NCBI GenBank assembly: GCA_040776965.1
Contig: JAXGZO010000001.1
Location: 396,675 to 460,674 of the forward strand
Direction: 5' to 3'
Source of the DNA: Thermoleophilia bacterium
GTDB lineage: Bacteria > Actinomycetota > Thermoleophilia > UBA2241
DNA: 64,000 nucleotides
A program made the translations under genes and the position numbers. Of this stretch, positions 28,111 to 36,642 are shown piece by piece. The first letter of the stretch is position 1. The number at the start of each line of letters is the position of its first letter. Under the pieces are notes generated by a model, which ran no database searches, had not been told where the DNA came from, and saw only the letters and a list, made by a program, of their open reading frames with translations.

Positions 28111-28826
28111 CCCTCGCGAAGGCGATAGCCCACGCCGCGTACCGTCTCTATAGCATCGGCGGCCGACTTAGCGGCCGCGCCGAGCTTACGACGGAGGGAG
28201 ACGATGTGGACGTCGACGGAGCGCTCGGTGATGTAGCGGTCCTCCACGTAGGAGTCGTCGGCCTGAGCGGCGTCGACGAGCTGCTGCCTGGTGAAGACCC
28301 AGCCCGGACGGCGCGCTAAAAACTGCAGAATGCGGAACTCCGCTGCGGTGAGATTGACGGGCTCCTCCTCGGCGAAGACGAGGTGCTTGCCGGGGTGCAC
28401 GGTGATGACCCCGGCGCGCAACACAGCCCCGTCGTCCGTTTGCTCGTTCTCGCGCCGGAGCACAGCGCGGACGCGCGCCACCAGCACCCGCGGGCTGAAG
28501 GGTTTTGTGACGTAGTCGGACGCACCGAGCTCAAGGCCGGTGACGATGTCGGCCTCGGTGCCCTTCGCGGTGAGGATCACGATCGGGATGGAGCGCGTAG
28601 TGGCGTCCGCCTTAAGGCGCCGACAAATCTCGAGACCGTCGAGCCCCGGGAGCATGAGGTCGAGGAGAATGAGGTCGGGCTGCTTAGTGCGCACCGCCGG
28701 CAAAGCGGTCTCGCCGCTCATTACACAGGTTACCGAGTAGCCCTCCTTGCAGAGGTTGTACTCGACCAGTTCAAGAATATCGCTCTCGTCGTCGACGACG
28801 AGAATGTGCCCGTTCGGCATGCCCAC
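28107..28826 (-). CDS. phoP: OmpR-family response regulator PhoP/PhoB
   Basis: The receiver domain is ILVVDDESDILE...DLILLDLMLPGLDG. The winged-helix C-terminal region is VHIVSLRRKL...GVGYRL. Confidence 0.9.
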   Translation of the reverse strand: MGMPNGHILVVDDESDILELVEYNLCKEGYSVTCVMSGETALPAVRTKQPDLILLDLMLPGLDGLEICRRLKADATTRSIPIVILTAKGTEADIVTGLELGASDYVTKPFSPRVLVARVRAVLRRENEQTDDGAVLRAGVITVHPGKHLVFAEEEPVNLTAAEFRILQFLARRPGWVFTRQQLVDAAQADDSYVEDRYITERSVDVHIVSLRRKLGAAAKSAADAIETVRGVGYRLREG

Positions 28827-28906
28827 AGCTCCTCTTTCCAGCCTATGCTAGCGACGGCATCATACCCGCCTCATGTGAGGGAGCTGTAAGCGATGAGGCG
28901 CTGTTT

Positions 28907-29359
28907 TCAGCGTACGAGCTCGCGAAACACCGTGAAGAGCGCGGACGCCTCGAACGCCGATGCGCCCTCACCCGACCACACGATCTTGCCGGCGCGGTCG
29001 ACGAGGAACGCCGTGCACCGGCACCTACCGTCCGCCCGCGCCGCTCCGTAACGCTGGGCCACGGCACCACCGTCGGTGAGAATGGGGTACGAGAGACCCC
29101 CGGTGGCCTCAACGAGCCGGGAGACCTCCTCGAACCCAGCGTCGCAGACGACGAGCACTTGACCACGCAGGCCCCACAGCACGCCAGCGGCCTCGTCGAG
29201 TGCGGCGAGCTGCTGCTCCACGTCGGCGTCCGAAGCCGAGACGAAGGCGAGCACGACGTGCCAGTCGCCCCGGTAACGTTTGAGGTCGATCTCGCCGCCA
29301 TCCGCCGCCACGAGAGCGAAGGCGGGTGCCTCTCGGCCGACTCCGAAGTTGTATGCCAC
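28907..29359 (-). CDS. Thioredoxin-fold redoxin (AhpC/TSA-like)
   Basis: The region VAYNFGVGREAPAFALVAADGGEIDLKRYRGDWHVVLAFV looks like the redoxin family. The GTG start at about 29359 is preceded by GAGGAGG. Track ORF 28907..29530 is extended across the poly-Gly tail of the upstream gene. Confidence 0.55.
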   Translation of the reverse strand: MAYNFGVGREAPAFALVAADGGEIDLKRYRGDWHVVLAFVSASDADVEQQLAALDEAAGVLWGLRGQVLVVCDAGFEEVSRLVEATGGLSYPILTDGGAVAQRYGAARADGRCRCTAFLVDRAGKIVWSGEGASAFEASALFTVFRELVR

Positions 29360-29387
29360 GTCGTGTACCTCCTCGTCGTAAGGCGGC

Positions 29388-31220
29388 TCAGCCCGCGCCG
29401 CCACCGCCACCGCCGCCACCGCCGCCGCCACCACCGGAGAACCCGCCACCGCCGCCGCTCCCGGAGGAGGCGTTGGAGCTCGCGACGGCGCTCGTAAAGC
29501 CGGACGATAGCGCCGAGAACGGCGACGCACCGGCGGAGGTGTACATCATAAAGCCCATCGTCCTAAAGGCCGGGTCGTCGACGACCTCGGGAACCTTGAG
29601 CTTCATATCCTTCACCACTTGATCGGCGATGCCGAAGGTAACGGCGTACACCAAGAACTGCTGCCACACGACGACGGCTGTCGGTGGCTTTTCGTCGAGG
29701 CGCCCGAAGTCCTTCATGTAGCGCTCGAGCGCGCGATACTGCGCGCAGAGTTCGGCCCCCTCTTGCGTGCGCCGTTTTACGTAGCGCGAGAGGAAGAGGG
29801 TGAGGAAGGAGAGGGCGGAGAGGACGATAAACCACCAGGGACCGCCGAGCGAGAAGCCCACGAACCCGCAAACACCGCCGGCGATTGCGGCGAACATCGA
29901 CATCTTGGCGCTTTTAGTCGACGCCTCGTCGAGAAAGTCGCGAGACTCGCCCTCGGTGCCGACCATCGTCTTCCATTCGTTAAAGCCCTTGGAGAACCCC
30001 TCCGCGTTCTTTTTGGCGAGCTTCTTGAGCTCATCGAGCATGAGGGTGTCGCTCCCGGCAGTCTCTCTGAAGAGGAGATTGATGAGCCTGTGCTCCTGCC
30101 TCGAGACGCCGGGTACCTTCTTCTTACTTACGGAGAGCTGGTAGCCCTCCTTCGGCCCCTTCCGCAAAAGGCCATCCCGCTCCACCGTCACACGCTCTAT
30201 CGTGAGCACGCCGCGGTTAACGAGGTCGAGCAACGTGGCGACGGCGTCTTTGCTCTCGACGGTGCCCTGCCTGACGAGGTACCCCACGAGTGCCGGCGGC
30301 AGCGCCGACTCCGGGATCTCCCGCAGGTACTGCGCGCTGAACTGCGGGTGCGGCTCGCGACCGTTCCGCCAAAACATCACGCCCACGAAGAGCAGGGCGA
30401 GCAGCGGCCCGCATAAACCGAGGGCGAAAACCCCCTTGGCTTTGAGGCGACTTACCGAACGCTGGTGATTGGCCTCGTCGGCGAGCTTTTGCTCCTCCGC
30501 GAGCACAGCCTGCTCGCGGGGCTCCGCGTTCTCCGCAGCGCCCTTAGCCGGAGACTTGGAGAGCGCCGCCACGGGGAAGAGGAGGCGCGCCTCCACGAAG
30601 GTCTCGGCCGGTAGGTTGTCGACCACGAGGGTGACGTCGGCGTTTGGCTGAATGGCGACGTCGCCCCACAGCGGCCCGTGCGCCCATGCACGGACCTGGT
30701 CGCGGGTGACGCCCTTGGGCGGGTGCACCGTAATGCGCACCCGATCCACGGGTTTATCCCATTTGTCGCCGATGAGCTTCCAGTAAAACTCCGAGGTGTC
30801 GGACCAGCGTTTCGCCGCGCCGTACACCGTGTAGTCCACGAAGAAGGTCACGCTTTGATTCTCGACCGAGAAGTTGAGCTGCACGCGGACGCTGTCGCCG
30901 TACCTGCTGAGCGTGTACGTGCGCGGGCGACCCGCCATGCCCTCGGAGTAGACCGACCGCGAGCTCCCGGCCTTATCGATAAAAATGCCGTTTGAGCCCT
31001 TTGTCTCGTAGTCCCAATAGACGTAGGTAAAGGGGCCGGAGAAGGCGAAGGTGCGCTCCTCGTGCACGCGCACATCGCCGTTGGGCTGAATCCGCGCGTC
31101 GATAACCGCCTCTTTAATCTCGTAGGACTTGGCGAAGGCGGGCGTAGCCGTGAGGCCCGCACACAGAGCGGCGAGGAGGAGCGCCGAGAGCGCGATCGAG
31201 AGCACGATGGCTTTACGCAT
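29388..31220 (-). CDS. DUF2207-family membrane protein with a C-terminal glycine-rich tail
   Basis: 610 aa. It has a signal peptide (MRKAIVLSIALSALLLAALCAG), a roughly 240-aa beta-rich ectodomain, a TM helix, a cytoplasmic region, two more TM helices, and the tail SGSGGGGGFSGGGGGGGGGGGGGAG. Confidence 0.65.
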   Translation of the reverse strand: MRKAIVLSIALSALLLAALCAGLTATPAFAKSYEIKEAVIDARIQPNGDVRVHEERTFAFSGPFTYVYWDYETKGSNGIFIDKAGSSRSVYSEGMAGRPRTYTLSRYGDSVRVQLNFSVENQSVTFFVDYTVYGAAKRWSDTSEFYWKLIGDKWDKPVDRVRITVHPPKGVTRDQVRAWAHGPLWGDVAIQPNADVTLVVDNLPAETFVEARLLFPVAALSKSPAKGAAENAEPREQAVLAEEQKLADEANHQRSVSRLKAKGVFALGLCGPLLALLFVGVMFWRNGREPHPQFSAQYLREIPESALPPALVGYLVRQGTVESKDAVATLLDLVNRGVLTIERVTVERDGLLRKGPKEGYQLSVSKKKVPGVSRQEHRLINLLFRETAGSDTLMLDELKKLAKKNAEGFSKGFNEWKTMVGTEGESRDFLDEASTKSAKMSMFAAIAGGVCGFVGFSLGGPWWFIVLSALSFLTLFLSRYVKRRTQEGAELCAQYRALERYMKDFGRLDEKPPTAVVVWQQFLVYAVTFGIADQVVKDMKLKVPEVVDDPAFRTMGFMMYTSAGASPFSALSSGFTSAVASSNASSGSGGGGGFSGGGGGGGGGGGGGAG

Positions 31221-31395
31221 GGACCCTCCCTAAAAGTAGGCGGCAGCTACAAGCGATCTTAGCAGAGCGCGGATTCAACGCATAGAGAGAGAAGGGGCCC
31301 GCAAAGGCACCCTCCCGCTTGGGCCACACGACGTCCGCGTTGTAGACTGCTTCTTGACCCCTTGGGCTCTCGGAGAGCGAGCGAATGGAGTTGCT

Positions 31396-34300
31396 GTGAC
31401 CGAGCCTGCAGCCTCAAAGCCGACCCCCGCGGTCGCGCTCACGATCGACGGCGAACACGTAAGCGTCCCCCCGGGGAGCACGATCCTCGAAGCCGCACGT
31501 ACCCTCGGCATCGAGATCCCCACCCTCTGCCAGCACGACACCCTTAAACCCGCGTCGGCGTGCCGCCTCTGCGTGGTCGAGGTCGCCGGTCGCCGCGACC
31601 CCGTCACCGCCTGCGACACGTACGTGGCGGAGGGCATGATCATCACCACTCACAACGAGGAGCTTCGCGCTATCCGCCAGCTCAACCTCGAGCTGCTGTT
31701 CAGCGACCACACCTCGTACTGCACGCCGCCCTGCCGCGACGCCTGCCCCACGCACATCAAGATCCCCGAGTTTCTCGAGCACATCGCGGCCCGCGACTAC
31801 GAGGCCGGCATGCGGGTGCTGCGCGAGGACCTGCCCTTCCCCGGCATCCTCGGCCGCGTCTGCCCGCAGCCCTGCCAGACGCCCTGCCGCCGCCAGCTCG
31901 TGGACAGCGGCATCACGATCTGCCAGCTCCACCGCTTTATGGCCGACAGCACGCGCGCCGGCGAACAACTCGGCGAGCTGCTCCTGCCCACCGAGCAAAA
32001 GCCGGAGAGCGGCAAGCGCATCGCTATCGTCGGCGGCGGCCCCGCAGGGCTCTCCGCCGCCTTCTACTCCCGGCTCGAGGGCCACGCCGTCAAGATCTTC
32101 GAGGCGCAGCCCAAGCCCGGCGGCATGCTGCGCTACGGCATCCCGAGCTACCGCCTTCCGCGCGCGATCCTTGAGGAGGAGATCAACCTCCTCTGGCGCA
32201 TGGGCGTAGAGATCGAGACCGGCGTGCGCCTCGGCACCCACCTCCACCTCGCCGACCTGCGAGAGGAGTACGACGCCGTCTTCCTCGCCCTCGGCGCCTT
32301 TAACGCGAACGCCATGCGCTGCGAGGGCGAAGACGCCCCCGGTGTGGTCACCGCTATCGACTTCCTCGGCGACCTGGAGCGCAACGGCACCGTCGCCTGC
32401 GGCAACAAGGTCACCGTCATCGGCGGCGGCTTTACCGCCATGGACGCCTGCCGCACCGCCGTCCGCCTCGGCGCCGAGGAGGTCACCTGCCTCTACCGGC
32501 GCTCGCGCAAGGAGATGCCAGCCCATCACACCGAGGTGGACGAGGCCGAGGAGGAGGGCGTGCGCCTCGAGCTGCAGGTCGCGCCGCTGCGCGTGCTCAC
32601 CGACGAGGCGGGCGACGTGTGCGGCATCGAGATGATCCGCATGGAGCTCGGCGAGCCAGATGCCTCCGGCCGCCGGCGCCCCGTCCCCATGGAGGGCTCC
32701 GAGTTCGTCATCGAGTGCGACCAAGTTATCAGCGCCATCGGCCAGTACCCCAAGCTCGACGGCGCGGGCGAGGCCGAGGGCATCGAGCACACCCGCTGGC
32801 GCACCATCCAGGTCGACGACTGGACGCTCCAAACCGCCCTGCCTAACGTGTTCGCCGGCGGCGACGCCGTCCTGGGCGCACAGACGGTTGTGCAGGCTAT
32901 CGCGCAGGGCAAGAAGGCCGCCTGGAGCATCGCGGCCTTCCTTGAGGGCGACGATCTGCAGGCCATCTCGGCCCACCTCCAGGGGCTCCACGACGCGCCC
33001 TTCCTCGAGGCGCTCCGCACCAAGGGCGAGCTCGAGCGCCGCGTCCGCCGACTGGCCGAGATCCCGCCGGTCTTTATCGACATCAACACCGGGATTACAC
33101 AGACAAGCGCCCCGGCCACCATGCCCAAGCTCAGCCCTGAGGAGCGCCGCACCAACTTCGAGCAAATAGAGCTCGGGTTCGCCGAGGACGACGCCGTCCG
33201 CGGCGCCGAGCTCTGCCTGCAGTGCACCTGCGAGGCACACGGCGCCTGCGACCTGCAGCGCTACGGTATTGAGTACGAGGTCGCGCAAAACCGGTTCCAG
33301 GGCACTGAGGCCAGGGCGTACGAGGCCTACGAGACACAGCCGCTCATAGCCTACGACCCCAAACGCTGCATCCTCTGCGGCAAGTGCGTTAACGTCTGCC
33401 GCGACGTGCAGGGCACCGAGGCCATTAACTTCTCCCAGCGCGGCTTCAGCGCCAAGGTCGCCGCCTCCTTCGACAAGGAGCTCGACACGTCGTTCTGCCG
33501 CTTCTGCGGCCAGTGCGTCGACATTTGCCCAACCGGCGCGCTCACCAACCGGCAGCTCACGAGGGTTCGCTCCTGGGAGCGCACCAAGGTCCGCACCACC
33601 TGCCCCTTCTGCGGCGTGGGCTGCAACTTCGACCTCAACGTCGCCGAGGGCAAGGTCGTCGGCGTCACCGCAGCCTACGACGCGCCGGTCAACCAGGGCT
33701 CGCTCTGCGTCAAGGGCCGCTTCCACACCGACCTCATCGAGAGCGAGGAGCGCATCACCACACCGCTGATTAAGCGCAACGGTGAGTGGGAGCCGGCCAC
33801 CTGGGAGGAGGCCCTCGACTTCACCGCCGAGCGGCTCCTGCAGATCAAGGCGAAGCACGGCCCCGACTCCATCGCCGTCCTCAGCTCGGCGCGCTGCACC
33901 AACGAGGAGAACTACCTCCTCCAACGCCTCACGAGGGCGGGGCTCAACACCAACTCCATAGACCATTGTGCGCGTACCTGACACGCTCCTACGGTGGCCG
34001 GTCTGGCCGCCACGTTAGGTTCAGGCGCGATGACCAACTCGATCGGCGAGATCCCGCACAACGACGTCCTCTTCATCATCGGGTCCAACGCCACTGAGGC
34101 GCACCCCATTATCGGCAACAAGATGAAGCAGGCGGCCGCCGGCGGCGCCAAGCTCATCGTCGTCGACCCACGACGCACCGAGCTCGCCGAGCGGGCACAC
34201 CTCTGGATCCGCATTAAGCCGGGCACCGACAACGCCCTCATTAACGGCATCCTGCACACCATCATCACCAACGGCTGGCACGACCAGGCCTACATCGACG

Positions 34301-35622
34301 AGCGCTGCGAGGGCTTTAACAACCTCTGGAAGACCGTCGAGGGCTACACGGCGGAGTACTCCGCGGCCATCACCGGCGTGCCACCGGAGCAGATCCGCGA
34401 GGCGGCCGAGCTCTACGCCACCACCGAGCGCGCCGGCATCTTCTACACGCTCGGCATCACCGAGCACACCACCGGCACGGCCAACGTCATGAACCTCGCC
34501 AACCTGGCCATGGTCACCGGGCACATCGGCGTGGAGTTCGCGGGCATCAACCCCCTGCGCGGGCAAAACAACGTGCAGGGCGCGTGCGACATGGGCGCCC
34601 TGCCCAACTCGCTGCCCGGCTACCCGAGCGTCGGCGACCCCTTGGCACGGGCGCGGTTCGAAGAGGTCTACGGCGTCGCCCTCCCCGAGAAGATGGGCCT
34701 CCGCATACCCGAGATGCTCGACCTGGCGGTTCACGGGCACCTCAAGGCCCTGTACGTTATGGGCGAGGACCCGGCGCTCACCGACGCCGACGCCAACCAC
34801 GTGCGCAAGGCACTCGAGAGCGTCGAGTTCCTCGTAGCGCAAAACATCTTTATGACGGAGACGGCCAAGTACGCCGACGTCTTCCTCCCGGCGGCGCTCT
34901 ACGCCGAGAAGGAGGGCACCTTTACCAACACCGAGCGTCGGGTGCAGCGCGTCCGCAAGGCGGTCGACCCGCCCGGCGACTGCCGGCCCGACTGGCGCAT
35001 CATCCTCGACCTCAGCGAGCGACTCGGGCACCCCATGCCCTTCTCGTCACCCGAGGAGGTCTTCGAGGAGGTCCGCCGCGTTATCCCCGCCTTCGCCGGC
35101 ATCTCCTACGCGCGCATTGAGGAGGAGGGCGGGCTGCAGTGGCCGTGCCCGAGCGAGGATCACCCGGGCACGCAGTACCTGCACAAAGGGCGATTCACCC
35201 GCGGCAAGGGGCTGCTGCAAGGCATCCCCTTCGAGCCGCCGGCCGAGCTCACCGACGAGGAGTACCCACTACTGCTCACCACCGGGCGCATGCTCTACCA
35301 GTACAACATCTCCACGCGCATCTCAAAGAGCCTCGACGGGCTTCGCCCGCACGAGCTCGCCGAGGTCAACCCGGCGGACGCCGAGCGCTACGGGTTCGCC
35401 GACGGCGAGCTGATCCGCGTGAGCTCTCGCCGCGGCTCCATCACGAGCCGCATCGTCGTCACCGACAAAGTCGCACCGGGCACCATCTTCATGACCTTCC
35501 ACTACAAGGAGTCGCCGGTTAACGAGCTCACCAACTCGGCCGCCGACCCCGTCACCATGACGGCGGAGTTTAAGGTGTGCGCCGTCAGGGTGGAGAAGAT
35601 CGACCAGGTCGTGCCGGCGTAG
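31396..35622 (+). CDS. fdhA: Selenocysteine-containing formate dehydrogenase alpha subunit fused to N-terminal [2Fe-2S], GltD-like NAD(P)H/FAD and 2x[4Fe-4S] domains; the in-frame TGA at 33979..33981 is read as Sec
   Basis: The frame runs continuously across the TGA: ...[30 protein letters not shown], matching the E. coli FdhF Sec context CARVUHGPSVAGL. Upstream there is a 2Fe-2S ferredoxin-like domain, a GltD-like domain (IAIVGGGPAGLSAAFY) and 2x CxxCxxCxxxCP. The TTCPFCGVGCNFDL region looks like the molybdopterin-oxidoreductase Fe4S4 domain. Downstream is a full MopB/MGD domain. The track splits the gene into 31354..33981 and 33994..35622. The start is GTG 31396 after GGAG. Confidence 0.85.
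33982..34020 (+). promoter_or_regulatory. Bacterial SECIS-like stem-loop immediately 3' of the Sec UGA
   Basis: UGA CAC GCU CCU ACG GUG GCC GGU CUG GCC GCC ACG UUA GG. The apical GGUCUG loop is flanked by GGCC/GGCC and resembles the E. coli fdhF SECIS apical loop (GCAGGUCUGCAC). Confidence 0.6.
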
Positions 35623-35648
35623 CCCCGCACGACCGCGGCGCAGACGAA

Positions 35649-35692
35649 CGCCGGCCCGAGGGCGCTTCGCCCTCGGGCCGGCGTCATCTTTT
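35649..35692. terminator. Bidirectional Rho-independent terminator between the convergent fdhA and ftcD genes
   Basis: CGCCGGCCCGAGGGCG-CTTC-GCCCTCGGGCCGGCG has 15-16 bp perfect arms, followed by TCATCTTTT. Confidence 0.7.
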
Positions 35693-36632
35693 AAGAACGA
35701 GCGGTCGGCTCTTCGCCGAGGTCGCCCGTTTGCAGCTCAACGAGGTGGTTCTCGAGGATCTGCGAGCGCTCGAACCCCTCGAGCCTGAGGAAGTACTCGG
35801 CGCAGCTCACGAGCGCCTCTTGCGGCAGGGTGCCGATGATCTGCGTGCCCACCACCGGCACCCCGTACCGGGCGGCCTCCAGCTCGATGAGCTGGAAGAC
35901 CCGGTGGATGGGCGTGGCCGCCGTGTCGAACATGTTCATGGAGACGGCCACCACGCCGCGCTCCGTGAGCGGCAGCCCCACGGAGCGCACGGTGCTAAAC
36001 CCGCCGCTCGGGCCGCGCACCATCGTAGCGATCGCCTTCGCGATCGCTACGTCGGTGGTGCCGAGCATGACGTTAACGGCCACCAGCCCGGAGGTGCCGG
36101 CGCTGACGATGGTGGCGCCGGCGCTCGGGTGCAGCCTCGCGGGGCCCAGGTCGGGCGCCCGCTCCGGCAGATGGGCGACCTCCTTGAGCCCCTCGTACTG
36201 ACCGGCGCGAATGAAGCTGAGGCTGCGCCGCTCCTCACACCGCGCGTTGGCGCCGCTGAAGTACACGGGCACGCCGTAGCGACCGAAGACCTCCCGCCCG
36301 ATGCGCTCGGCGAGCTCCACGCACTCCTCCAGCGAGACGCCGAGCAGCGGGAAGACGGGGATCGTATCCTGCGCGCCGATGCGCGGATGGTCGCCGGACT
36401 GCCGCTCCATGTCGATGAGCTCGTACGAGGCGCCCGCCATGGCGAGCAGCGCCTCCATGAGGTGCTCGGGCTCGCCGAGCACCTCGACGACGGTGCGGTT
36501 AAAGTCGGCGTCGGGGTAGTAGTCGATGAGCTTAACCCCGCTCCGGCCCCGCAGGCGGCCTACGATTGCCTCGATCACCTCCGGCCGCCTGCCCTCGCTG
36601 AAGTTGGGGACGGCGTGAATGTACCCGGTCAT
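35691..36632 (-). CDS. ftcD: Glutamate formimidoyltransferase (FtcD N-terminal domain family)
   Basis: The start is MTGYIHAVPNFSEGRRPEVIEAIV (the formiminotransferase N-terminus), and the length is about 313 aa. Track ORF 35691..36875 is 5'-extended. Confidence 0.75.
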   Translation of the reverse strand: MTGYIHAVPNFSEGRRPEVIEAIVGRLRGRSGVKLIDYYPDADFNRTVVEVLGEPEHLMEALLAMAGASYELIDMERQSGDHPRIGAQDTIPVFPLLGVSLEECVELAERIGREVFGRYGVPVYFSGANARCEERRSLSFIRAGQYEGLKEVAHLPERAPDLGPARLHPSAGATIVSAGTSGLVAVNVMLGTTDVAIAKAIATMVRGPSGGFSTVRSVGLPLTERGVVAVSMNMFDTAATPIHRVFQLIELEAARYGVPVVGTQIIGTLPQEALVSCAEYFLRLEGFERSQILENHLVELQTGDLGEEPTARS

Positions 36633-36642
36633 TGGTGCCCCC

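Noticed and set aside
29326-29622. A poly-proline ORF (PPPPPPPPPPPPP).
   Set aside because: It is antisense to the poly-glycine C-terminal tail (GGC repeats) of the DUF2207 gene.
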